Of a stretch of 64,000 nt of DNA, positions 25,501 to 36,700 are shown piece by piece (positions within the stretch are counted from its first letter, which is position 1; each line of letters starts with the position of its first letter). The DNA is from Callorhinchus milii (taxonomy: Eukaryota). Position numbers and translations under genes: made by a program. Under the pieces are notes generated by a model. It ran no database searches, had not been told where the DNA came from, and worked only from the letters and a program-made list of their open reading frames with translations. Where the stretch lies: NCBI RefSeq assembly GCF_018977255.1, contig NW_024704764.1:6696001-6760000 (forward strand). Direction: 5' to 3'.

Positions 25501-28250
25501 CGGCCGCTTCCTCCCTTTCCTCCTTCAAGGCCGGTCTCAAGACCTTTCTCTTTGACCGAGCCTTCACCTCCCCTCTCGACTCTCTACCCCTCCTCGCTCC
25601 CTCCCTTCCCTCCCCTCACCCTGACCATTTCCCCCCAATGCTCGGGACCCGACCCAACTGTCCAGCGCCTTGGGACGTTCTCCCGACGTGAAAAGCGCTC
25701 TAGAAATGCAATCTTGTTGTTATTGTTGTAGCAGGGTGGGTATTCAGGAAGCATGTAATCAAATGGAGTGAAGGGCCTTCTTTATCTGATTCTCTTATAA
25801 TCCCATGTGATGCTGAGTAAAGCTCACATACTTAAACAATTTTCGCTCTACAATCAAAAAGGATACCATCAAGATGAAGGATTTTCACTCCCCAGGAACG
25901 AGCATTGGCCAAGATGCTATTACTGGCACTGTATTCCTGATGTGGGGAAAAATAAAGAGACATTAACAATATGCAATTTAAGTTAATAGCTTTATGAATC
26001 TTATGAAAACACAGACATAATCTTTCTACAATGTTCATTAAACCATCAAGATCACCCATCTCTGACCTTTCCTGTGCACAGGACATTACACCAAGCCTGA
26101 TCAGGTGGATGTTAACATTCCTATGACACTTTTTGAAAAGAGATTAGTGTCCCTGGTGTCTTGGCGAACAAGCCCCCAGATAAATGTATCGTTAACTTGA
26201 CGGCTGTTGTACGATAGTGCTGGGTACAAATTAGGTGCTCCATTAATCTACTGGTGATATCAAATACAGTATATTGTCCAGTGCTTTGGGACATCCCCCC
26301 GACATGAAAGGCGCTATATAAATATGATTTTGTTGTTGTTGAAAAGGTGAGGCTATCTTTTATAATCCCTCCTTTGCCCCTTTCAAGACCTGTCTCAAGA
26401 ACCACCTCTTCGACCATGCCTTCGGTCACCCTCCCACCCCCTACCCTCCCCATAACCACCAGCTCAGGTGCAGATTCCTGATTTTTCAGCGTCTTGGGAC
26501 GTCCTCTTGATGTGAAAGGTGCTGTACAACTGTAATTTGTTGTTACATGTAAAATATCTAATTTAAGCTAGCAAGCCATTTAGTGGTGATTAAATTGATC
26601 ACTTCTACACAACACGAGAATACATGAGACCACTATTTAGCTTATTCATTCCTTTTGTATAAAGGTTAATAGCTTTGATTTGGATGGGATACATTCAAAG
26701 TTTATCTAATCAGACAGTAAATAATAATAATAATAACCCTTTCATTTGATATAGCGCTTTTCACGTCTTCTAGACGTCCCAAAGGGCTTCGCAGAATATA
26801 TTGTAAAGTGAATTGACTGCATATTTGTGGGTGAACGCAGCAGCCAATTGCGCACAGCAACAATAAATTGGTCATTTTCAATCTACGACTGTTTGTGTGT
26901 GGTGTCCCACACACTAACAGTCGTAGATTGAAAATGACCAATTTAATTATTGTTTTGTTTTTTGGAGGGATTATTATTAGGCTCTGTGTAGAGTAAGGAA
27001 ACTTGCCCAAGGTTTCGCCCTCTGCCTGGAATTGAACCCAGGTCTCTCGCTTGCAAAGCGAATGCTCTAACCATTGAGCTACAGGACTCCTATAAAATCT
27101 ATCTTTACAAGCTTAAAAGGAAAGATTATAAATATCTGTTTAAGAATTTATTCAACAATTGACAAAATAGTTTCTTTCAAATAGTCAAACTCACATTGTT
27201 CTTGATCACTGTTTCAAGTAATCTTTTCCCCCAACTGGTCTGCACAAGAAAGATAGTTACAAGAAAGAAAGATGTTAGTTACGAACATTGGAAAGTATTT
27301 CAAGAATCTAGTATTTTGGTAAACTAGATAAATACCTAAGAAATAAACTACAGAGGTATAGGGAAAACGCAGATAAATGACCGAAAGAATCACTCTTTAA
27401 AAAGCCAGCACAGACACGATACGCTGAATAGCTTTCTTCTGTGCTGTAAATTTCTATGGTTGTAAGGAATCAGATTTGGCTTCTGAAAGCCCGAGATCTA
27501 TTTCAGGGTGAGAAAATACACTTCTGAATGCCTAAGAATGAACAGAATGTTAAATAACTTCACAGAATACACAACAAATGCGTAGCTCACTATGTCTACT
27601 GTACTTACTGTCTGGCCACTTCTCACGTGGACTGGATGAGGGGAAGCAACCTGGCTATTTTTCCAGTATTCTCTTTTGGAAACGGATGCCAGTTTACCAG
27701 ATTTATTCCCAAGTGTTGCTTCTTTACTGCTGGAAACCACATAATTCACTTCTTTACTGAGGAAGCTTTCTATTATCTGAAATTCAAAAGAAAAACACCC
27801 TTGTCAGGAAAACAAATGGCATGGTTGAATCTGTGTACGTTAAAATATGGTGTTGGATGCCGTGGTTCGATGTGAGTAAAGATTCGGATGGCGGAGTTTT
27901 TGAATTATTTACAGCTTGTGACAGACATCATCTACTGCAAAATTACCTGATCAGAAATGGTGAGACTTCCAAATTTCTTTTAATTTAAAATATTACATGT
28001 ATTAAATGAATCCAATCAAAATAAAATCATCAAGTGTGACAATTGTGGCTCCTCGATCTGTATTGCAGATATCGTATACATACCCCTCCGAGTTTCTTCA
28101 AAACACTCTCCAGGAATTGTGTGCTTTTGTTGCTTGGCAGATCGAGGTAGAATGCTTTGCCGGAAATTAGACATCTCTTTGACAGGGTACCGTCTTCAAA
28201 CTCTTTCACCAAGCATCTTCCCGGCATCTTTCCTGGATTAAATTTGTCTC
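16600..28250 (-). CDS. DBF4B: Protein DBF4 homolog B (Drf1/ASKL1), CDC7 kinase activator, about 870-880 aa
   Basis: Exons: 28084-28250 ([28 protein letters not shown], motif N), 27591-27776 ([15 protein letters not shown]), 27195-27239 ([11 protein letters not shown]), 25867-25936 ([17 protein letters not shown]), 22716-22780, 22026-22068, 21411-21456 ([14 protein letters not shown], motif M), 20926-21060 ([16 protein letters not shown]), 20506-20623 ([12 protein letters not shown], motif C zinc finger), 19738-19862 ([11 protein letters not shown]), a tentative exon at 18908-18965, and terminal exon 16600-18183. The start is either the ATG at 28227 or an unseen upstream exon. DBF4B rather than DBF4 is inferred from its position between CCDC43 and ADAM11. 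Confidence 0.9.
18200..18573 (-). mobile_element. tRNA-derived SINE, full length (long-body subfamily)
   Basis: A/B-box head ending at 18573, body GCCTCTGATTACCTAGCAGTAAGTAG, and (ATT)n tail next to the DBF4B terminal-exon acceptor. Confidence 0.9.
22781..25866 (-). other. U12-type (minor spliceosome) GT-AG intron in DBF4B
   Basis: Donor GTATCCTTTT at 25866; branch-like TTCTTAAC about 10 nt before the AG at 22781; no polypyrimidine tract. Confidence 0.85.
23900..25730 (+). mobile_element. L2-clade LINE, 5'-truncated and degenerate (ORF2 reverse transcriptase and 3' UTR)
   Basis: Translations include [60 protein letters not shown] and LHWLP. It carries frameshifts and an internal deletion of the PQGS motif. 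The 3' end is CAGCGCCTTGGGACGTTCTCCCGACGTGAAAAGCGCT...(TTG)n. Confidence 0.92.
26720..27090 (-). mobile_element. tRNA-derived SINE, full length, with an internal inverted duplication
   Basis: Same head and tail as 30818-31130, on the minus strand. Confidence 0.9.
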
Positions 28251-28729
28251 CTTAAAAAACACAAATCAATTCTGTTCAGTCCAGAATGACCACGGTTTTC
28301 TCAAACATCGCGTGGGGGGCTGGATGTCGCCTGTTGCTCGTTAACCGCAGTTTATCAATTTTCCTAAAGTTGCATTTTAAAGGGGTGGAAAAGGGGTAAA
28401 TCGGTCCCCAAGGAAGGATCGTTTTACAACACAATGTTTGGGGGTGGAGTTGGGTTACAGTCAGGATTTAACCCTGAATAATCTTCGGCGACTGGCAGCT
28501 AAAGATTTGCTAAACGGGACCCCCCCACCCTCTCCTGTTTATTATTATTTTTATGGAAGGGATTATTATCCCGGGGAAAAGCGATCTGCCAATCGACCGG
28601 GTTCCCACTTACTGCGGTAAACAGAGGTGTGTGGAGTAAAGGAAAGTTGCCCGAGGTTTCGCCCGGGAATCCAACACAGTCACTTCGCTTGCGAGGCGAA
28701 CGCTCCAACCACTGAGCTACAGGACTCCA

Positions 28730-29575
28730 CAACTCTCTTCTCCTCTCTCTCTCCTCTCCCTCCTTCTGCCCCTCTCCGTATCTATCTCATCCTCCCTCCC
28801 TTCTTCTCCCCTCTCCGTCTTAGTCCTTCTCTTTCTCCTCTCCCCCTTTTTCTTTCTCTATCCCTCTCCTCCCTTTCCTCTGCTCTCTGTCTTCGCCCCT
28901 TTACATCCCTCTTTCGTCTCTTCCCCTCCTCTTCTCCCTCTCCCTTCCTCTTCCCTCCTCCTCCTCCCTCTCTCCCCTCCTCCCTTCCTCCTCCCTCTCT
29001 CCCCTCCTCCTCTCTCTCCCTTTCTCCTCCCTCTCTCCCCTCACCTCTCTCCCCTCACCTCTCTCCCCTCCTCCTCCCTCTCTCTCTTCCTCCTCCCTCT
29101 CTCCCCCCTCTCTCCCTTTCTCCTCCCTCTCTCCCTTTCTCCTCCTCTCTCTCCCTTTCTCCCTTTCTCCTCCCTCTCTCCCCTCACCGCTCTCTCCCCT
29201 CCTCCTCTCTCTCCCCTCCTCCCCCCCCTCTCCCCCCCCTCTCTCTCCCCTCCTCCTCTCTCTCCCTCCTCCTCTCTCTCCCCTCCTCCCCCCTCTCCCT
29301 CCCCTCCTCCTCTCTCTCCCTCCTCCCTCTCTCCCCTNNNNNNNNNNNNNNNNNNNNNNNNNNNNNNNNNNNNNNNNNNNNNNNNNNNNNNNNNNNNNNN
29401 NNNNNNNNNNNNNNNNNNNNNNNNNNNNNNNNNNNNNNNNNNNNNNNNNNNNNNNNNNNNNNNNNNNNNNNNNNNNNNNNNNNNNNNNNNNNNNNTCCCC
29501 CCCTCTCTCTCCCCTCCTCCCCCCTCTCTCTCTCCCCTCCTCCCTCTCTCCCTCCTCTCCCGCCGCCTTTTTCTT
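28730..29575 (+). repeat. Polypyrimidine (CT-rich) low-complexity tract, interrupted by an assembly gap (29338-29495)
   Basis: Almost exclusively C/T on the + strand. Confidence 0.95.
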
Positions 29576-30030
29576 CCGTTAGTGTTTTGAATTGAAGCCT
29601 CGCTGGCGCTCGCGCAGTGACGGCGACGGCGGGCGTGGCCGCGCGCTGACGTCACGCCGCCGCCGCCGCTGCCGCCGAGAGGGCGGCGTGAATTCAGGCA
29701 GTTGTGCGGGCAGCTCAGGCCCCGCCCCCCCCCGAGCCCCCAGGACCCCGCAGCAGCCCAACATGGCGGCGCCCAGCGGCGATGGCGATGGCGATGCGCC
29801 GGCAGCTTTCTGCGAGTGGCTCAGCAAGAGGCTGGAGCAGCTGGAAATCGACGAGGACGTGTACGGGACTTACATCAACGGCATATTGCGGGAGGAGGAG
29901 AACGAAGTGGAGAAGTGCGACGCTCTCCAGGGCATTCTGTCCGCATTCATGGTCGGTGGTTGGGGTGGTGGGGGGGGGGCGCCTTGGGGGAGGGGGGAGT
30001 ATGCGCGCGCGCGCGTGTGTGTGTGTCGGG
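29560..30030. promoter_or_regulatory. CpG island / probable bidirectional promoter of DBF4B and CCDC43
   Basis: CpG-dense. Contains palindromic CRE TGACGTCA (29647-29654), CHR-like TTTGAA (29586-29591) and GC boxes. It lies between divergent genes. Confidence 0.65.
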
Positions 30031-33000
30031 GAGGAGTGTGGGCGCGTGTGTTGGGTGTGTGTGTGTAGGTATGTGGGTGGGGAGGAGTGTGTATGTTGGG
30101 GGGGAGTGTGTGTGTAGGTATGTGAGGGCTGGAGGAGTGTGTATGTTGGGGGGTGTGTGTGTGTAGGTATGTGGGTGGGGAGGAGTGTGTATGTTGGGGG
30201 GGGGGAGTGTGTGTGTAGGTATGTGGGTGGGGAGGAGTGTGTGTGTGTTGGGGGGGAGTGTGTGTAGGTATGTGGGTGGGGAGGAGTGTGTGTGTGTTGG
30301 GGGGAGTGTGTGTAGGTATGTGGGTGGGGAGGAGTGTGTGTGTGTTGGGGGGGAGTGTGTGTGTAGGTATGTGGGTGGGGAGGAGTGTGTGTATGTTGGG
30401 GGGTTTCATGTCATAAAGTTTCTTTATTTTCTTCTTCTACTGCCATCGGTTAATTTAGGGATCGCGTCGCCTCTGATCTATTTTCGTACATTTCCCCATT
30501 TGTCAAAGCTCGTGGTCTCTGTGGATGGATTTTTATTTCCAAATATGGAGGCGGACGTTCAAGCTGCTGCTTCTCATTCTGATCCAGACACGAGGGATGG
30601 GTGGGAAAGAGGGAGGGAGGGCGTGGGGTAATTTTTTTTATCGCCATCACTCCCTCCTCCCTCCCCACACACACAAAAAAAGATCGGAACTTGTTAGAAA
30701 TCAACCGCTTTCCAAGAACAGCAAATAGAAATATTGCGACTGTACGTTATCGAATTAAATGTTAATTGAATGGAAGTGCCGCTCCGACTCCTGACTCAAT
30801 TAGCGGTTCCAACCGTGTGGAGTCCTGTAGCTCAGTGGTTAGAGCACTCGCTTTGTAAGTGAGAGACCTGAGTTCAATTCCAGGCAGAGGGCGAAACCTC
30901 GGGCAAGTTTCCTTACTCCACACAGAGCCTAATAATAATCCCTCCAAAAACCCAAAACAATAATAAATTGGTCATTTTCAATCTACGACTGTTTGTGGGA
31001 CATTGCTGTGTGCAATTGGCTGCCACGTTCGCCCACAAATATACAGTCTTTACAGTGTGTTCTGTGAAGCGCTTTGGGACGTCCTCCTGACGTGAAAAGC
31101 GCTATATCAATGCAAGGATTATTATTATTAAATTGGGCGCACAGATTAGTAGCACAGATTATTTATGATGGGTTCAAGACCCAGTCGGTACTTTGAACTG
31201 ACAGTCTGGTCTGACAATACAGTCCGGTACGACTGCCGGACTCCTGCACTGTCGGAAGTGCAGTCCTTTAGATCGATCCAACATTAAGCTGAGGACCTGT
31301 TTGACCCTTTGCGAAGGCACTATCCGAAAAGAAAGGTAGTACGACTGTGGTGGTATTTGTTGCGGAGCCCTGGACAACAGTCCTCCGCATAAATTAGTCA
31401 TCAGTTTCATGTCTATTTGTGGGATCTTGTGTTGACAAATTGGCTGCCATATCTCCCTGCAAATACACAATCACGTCCAGCACCAAATGTGACAGTGATG
31501 CTTGTTGAGATAAACTAACAGAGTGTAAACGTACTAAATTATTCACCCAGTTCTGCCTCCCCAATTCTCTCTGAAGCAGCAGTGCTGAAGTGTCACGAAG
31601 AAAGCTGATTGTAAATAACTCCCGCACACATTGTTCATCTTTACCTCTCCCCTCAAATGTGATTTACAGGATGAAGATTCATTATCAAACATTTGTGAAG
31701 AAATAATCCAAAAATGGTCTGAGACAACAAACAGTATTTTAGCCAAGAAGAAAGTTGAAGGTAAAGACTAGAATAATCTCAGATAATTTCTTGTTTGTTC
31801 ATATTTTAAGTGCACAAAGTCAATGAATTGGGTGAGTTCACATTATAAGTATACATTTCTATTTTAGTAATACAGGTATCGTAGCTTGTTGTGAAGATAA
31901 TGTGGCAGAACTTGTGAAATCAGCAGAAAGTTTTCTTTTTGGAACTGTAAAGTATTAGCCTGTATTCTCACCCACTAAACTCTGTACCCTCATCACACCA
32001 CTCCTCACCTGGTTCCCTCTCACAGAACCGATCCATTTCAAGATCCTCTCACTTGTCGACTGAAGACCTTCTTCTCTGAACCGTGCTCAACAACAGGCTC
32101 CAGCGCTGTTAAGTGCTCCATGGCGCTGCCCCATGCGAAGGGGTTATATCAGTGCAAGTTGTTATTAACTTAATTTATCTCTTGTTTTTTAAAGATGAAG
32201 TACAAACTATTGCAAATATGATTGAGAAACAGGCCAAGATTGTTGTGAGGCCGAAGGGCATTTCGGAAGAGGAGAAATCAAGGAAAGCTGCACTCCTGGC
32301 ACAATATGCAAACGTGACTGATGAGGAGGAATATCCTTTCTGCTGATTAATTGAATTGCTTTCACAAAAAATGAATGGAAGGAATCTCTAGTGCAAGGAT
32401 TTACAGATTTTCTTTGCCCAGACAAAAACAGTCGTTTCACACGTGGAAAATTGAAAAACAAGGATTTTTGTGTGATGTTGGGTTGGAGTATATTAGAAAC
32501 ACTGTATTTAAAATGTGCAAGAATGTATTAGTTGAAGAAAAATCTTGAAGCAGAAGTGCTATTTGATACCTACTTAGAATTATAGATCTATACTACACAG
32601 AAGGGGAACTAAAATAAATGGGTGTCAAACTTTTACAATTGTGATGGCTTCAGTTTAGGTAGCGATGGACAAGTCACTCTGCCACCCAGTGATTCTGACT
32701 CAGTAGTTCATAATTGGGTTACTAGACACATTTTAAATGCACCTCCAAATTGCAGCTAGAGATGTCTGATTTCTAAAGCAATTCTGTAGTTATGTTCATT
32801 GATCTTGATTTTGGAAATAGAAAGATTATTACATTGAGGTATGAATACTGCTGGGTCATAGACACCTTCTCAACATCTTGGCACCCCGTGTCTGGATGAA
32901 GGACCCCGAGGTCGATAAAGCACAGCTATTAACAAATCACGTCGTTGGCTCACATACTGTTTAAAGGTTTTCAAGAAATTAGTGGGCTGTCTGGGAGCAG

Positions 33001-33739
33001 CAGTTTGATCAACAAATCCAACAGCTTGTCACAAATTCCTTAACTTGGGCACTGACGATGAAGAAACACAAGGAGCAACTGGATCCTTCCACTTTAGTAA
33101 TGATAAATGTATCCTTTGCCAATTTTTCTTCGATTCAAATAGTTTTCTGTTTTATAATTACATTTTCTTAATCTTTACGGGATGAAGTTAAAAAGTGGTG
33201 ACTGCCTACTGAAAAGTTTCAGGAAGTGAGTTTTCGCCATACCTCAAACGGGGCTCCTTAAATGTTCTTGGGTAGCTTGTTGGTTGCATGCCTAGCTCTT
33301 TATTAATATTAAACATGAACTGGTGTTTGTGTTCATTTAGCGCAGCATACTGCTCAGATTCTGCCGAATAGTTTGTAGCAGGAAATGCAAATGCTGTTTT
33401 CCACACAACAATCGCTCTACACAATTAAACTCGGAACTGGAATCCTTGAAGAAACTTTTGTCTTCCTGTTCTTTGCAACTGGTTGGAATAATTGCAAAAG
33501 TCAACAAAGTAGTTGGAAATCTGAATTGACCTGACCTTAACTTAATTTTAGCTCTTTTCAAAAACACAAACGCTGCAGCTGTTCTCGTTGCNAAAAAAGC
33601 CGAAAGGGAGAAAGCTAAAGAAGATTCACAAAAGAAAAAGGAGCAAGATAAACTGCAACGAGAGAAAGACCAGCTTGCGAAACAGGAAAGAAAGGAAAAG
33701 GAAAGGAAGAGAACGCAGAAAGGAGAACGAAAGCGATAG
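29763..33739 (+). CDS. CCDC43: Coiled-coil domain-containing protein 43 (219 aa)
   Basis: Exons: 29763-29951 (MAAPS...[30 protein letters not shown]), 31670-31760, 32195-32330 ([20 protein letters not shown]...[15 protein letters not shown]), 33053-33108 and 33552-33739 (SLFKNTN...[10 protein letters not shown]). They sum to 660 nt in frame, provided introns 3 and 4 are U12-type. Confidence 0.95.
30030..30405 (+). repeat. G/T-rich minisatellite (about 44 bp unit) in CCDC43 intron 1
   Basis: About 8 copies of GTGTGTAGGTATGTGGGTGGGGAGGAGTGTGTATGTTGGGGGGGA. Confidence 0.95.
30818..31130 (+). mobile_element. tRNA-derived SINE, full length (short-body subfamily)
   Basis: Head GGAGTCCTGTAGCTCAGTGGTTAGAGC (A box) and GAGTTCAATTCC (B box); L2-like tail GTGAAAAGCGCTATATCAATGCAAGG(ATT)n. 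Confidence 0.9.
32331..33052 (+). other. U12-type AT-AC intron in CCDC43
   Basis: Donor ATATCCTTTC at 32331, branch TTCCTTAAC at about 33036-33044, terminal AC at 33051-33052. Splicing here restores the reading frame. Confidence 0.93.
33109..33551 (+). other. U12-type GT-AG intron in CCDC43
   Basis: Donor GTATCCTTTG at 33109 and branch ACCTTAAC ending at 33541, 10 nt before the AG. Confidence 0.9.
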
Positions 33740-36700
33740 CTTTGTTTCCCCACAAAAATTGCCTAATTTCAGTGGACTGACAGTAAGAATATTCTGAGGG
33801 GCAAATGTTGCACGCACAAGTATTGTGCAGTTTAACTTTTTGGGGTGCTCTGGTAACATTTAAAAACCTCATGGAAGCAATGGATTGAAAGGAAACACCA
33901 CTTTGCTATTTTTCTTCACAAATGCCAAATTTTTCCACTCTGTATCATTGAAAGTACAAAGTCACTAAAATATTCATTAAAAAATTTAGATCTTTATATA
34001 AAAAAAATCTTAATTTTGTTTATCAAATGTTTCAAGAAGCAGGGAGGGTAAAACACCACATATACCTCTAGTTATTGAATATTCAATAATTGAATCTATC
34101 CTGAAATCTCTAGAAGAAACGCTAACATTTTTCTAGTTCATAGGATGTCACACGATATAACAGCTTATCGCCTTGAGTAGTCACATGAAGGAACATGCAA
34201 GTTTTTAGCGCCCTTGTGTCTAAATACTCTGAATGTGCTTTACTATAATTACTATGAAATTCAGTTTCTTTTATAAAATAAATAGTCCTTGTATTTGATA
34301 CAGCGCGTTTCATGTCAGAAGGGCATCAGAGTACTTTCCAGGATTTGCTGTAAAGAGTAGTGATTGTGTATTTTAGATGAAAGTGACAACCAATGTTCCA
34401 CAGACAGCCATGAGGTGAATGACCAATTTTATCCAGGGTGTTGTTGGCCAGGACACTCGGAGAATCTCTCGTTTTCAAATAGTGCCACGGAAACTTTAAA
34501 GTCCAAAACAGGTAAATGGGACTTCAGTTTAATGTTTCGTCCAAAGAACAGCACTTACAACGATGCACACCCAGCAGTGTATTGGGAGTGTCAGCCAAGA
34601 CTCTTGAGTTCAACTCGAAAGGTCATGGCTTAAACCCACAACCATGACCTTCGTACTTGGAGGTGAGAATGTTACTGAGTCAGACTGACACCTGTAGGCA
34701 AAATAAACATTAATGCAACAGAATATCCCAGTGTGACTATGTATGAAGGGAGAATGCCAAGAGTTGTATTTACCAACCGCTGACCAGTGGTAATAATTCC
34801 TCTCTATTGACTCCATCAAAACTCCTAAGAATTTTAAAAGACCTATATCAGGTCAGAACATTCTTTGCTTCAGCAAATTCATCTGATTTTAGTTTTCTTA
34901 AACTCTGAATTTTAATTTGTGTTAATCTTTTTTTAAAGCTATCACTTTTTTATTTCTGCTATAAATACACTAAAATCTTTTTTTTACAATGTTTGATGAT
35001 ACAGGGTTAACACAGTACCAAGATAATTTCAATTAGCATTTCCCTTTGTATATCTATCAAACCAAGATTTTTGAAAAAGAAATTTGATCAACATTTAATG
35101 TTATGTTTTCAGAAACTTGCACATTTCAGTAAAATATATCAACTTTTAACTTAGGAAAATCAAAAATTTCACATATTTTCTTTGATACAAAGTCAACTTC
35201 TTAAATATTAATTTTGGAACTTAGGCTAACTTTTCATTTATAAATGACATTGTTTCAAGTAGCTACTACACTTTTTTAAAACACACAACCATCTGTTGAC
35301 TCTTATGAGATAACATTTTTCAGCAGTTGTGCATTAAAGTATTACTAAGTACTTCACTGATCACATAAAACATTTTAACACCTAGGAGGTTTCTTATACT
35401 GTATTCCTGATCAATTTGTCAAGCATATGACACATATGTTCCTTTTATTCATTAATCTAAACTAGTATTCAATTCATAAACTTAAAGGTCAAATAATTCT
35501 AGTTCCTCAAGGTAATCATACAACACAAATTATCATTTAGAGATATCTGATACATCGTATTTATTCTGACATATCTTGAAATGCTTTTCAACTAACTTAA
35601 ATAGAATTGAAGACTGTATTAAATGCCTTCCAGATAACCTTAAGATGCGCCATTAAACAAGGTATTCTAAATTGATTTCAAGTGAAATTGTTTAAACTGT
35701 TTAGATACCTCGGAGTAATTTTGAGGAATATTTACTTCCTTTTGTCCAGAGGAATTGAAAGAAATCTACCGTTAATCATTTCAACATATAATATTTCTAA
35801 ATGACAATTACGTACACTGGGTATGCACAATTGTAATTTGGAGATATCTCAAATTTGAGTCTCGTAATGAGTTGCAGACTTCTCAATAGCAATCAGTCTA
35901 AATGTCTCAAAATCATGTAATTGTGTATTTAAATGATTTTAAGATATCTTCAAATATATATTAGATTAATGAATTTGAGAATGAATGACAATTCAGCTGG
36001 TCATATAATACAGCACTAAATCTAGTGCAGTGAAGTTTGAAGTAATTCACTTCAGCTACAGGAATTAAGTGTACTGCCAGAATTACTAAATATTTACCAC
36101 TATATCCGCTACTCACATAATATCAAACTTGTTTGCATGGGTGCACTAATGAGATTTACCCTTTAGATCTCAAACTAGAAATGCAGAGCAGCTCACCGTT
36201 TCAATAACAAATCATGCTTGAATAGTACCAGTTCTGCAATATGGAAATAAACAATTAACTTTCATACACTATGCATATTGTGAACAAGTTGCCTCAGATA
36301 ACTATATTTAACCAAACATCATAACAATTACAGTAAATTAACAATATCTTTACTAAATGTTGTGGCATGTCAGCACTAATTAAACAAATGTACATTTCAA
36401 ACTTAGTAAATGTAACACTACATTTTAAATACAGAAAAAAAACATCAAATCATTACATTGAGACCACTGAATAATGCATTATTTCTGTACATCTATTGCA
36501 GAAATGTGACACATATTCTGGCTAGTATAACATCTACTGGAAATATCCCTAATGATAAAATATAATTTCCATATTAAACAGTAGTTTACTTATCAGGCTT
36601 TTGTTAATGAAGCAATATTCCTAGTAACATTGAAAATCATGTTTTCAGTTTGGAAATATATAAACTGTACTGCCTTGCATGCCTTCTTTGTATTCGTCTT

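Noticed and set aside
28627-29655. Long Pro/Ser/Leu and Glu/Arg/Gly ORFs
   Set aside because: These arise from the homopyrimidine tract and an N-gap.
30030-30405. Regularly spaced repeats as a possible CRISPR-like array
   Set aside because: There are no unique spacers, the sequence is low complexity and it lies in a vertebrate intron: an ordinary minisatellite.
30818-30890. tRNA-like sequences with A and B boxes
   Set aside because: They are SINE heads continuous with SINE body and tail, with no proper acceptor stem, so they are not tRNA genes.
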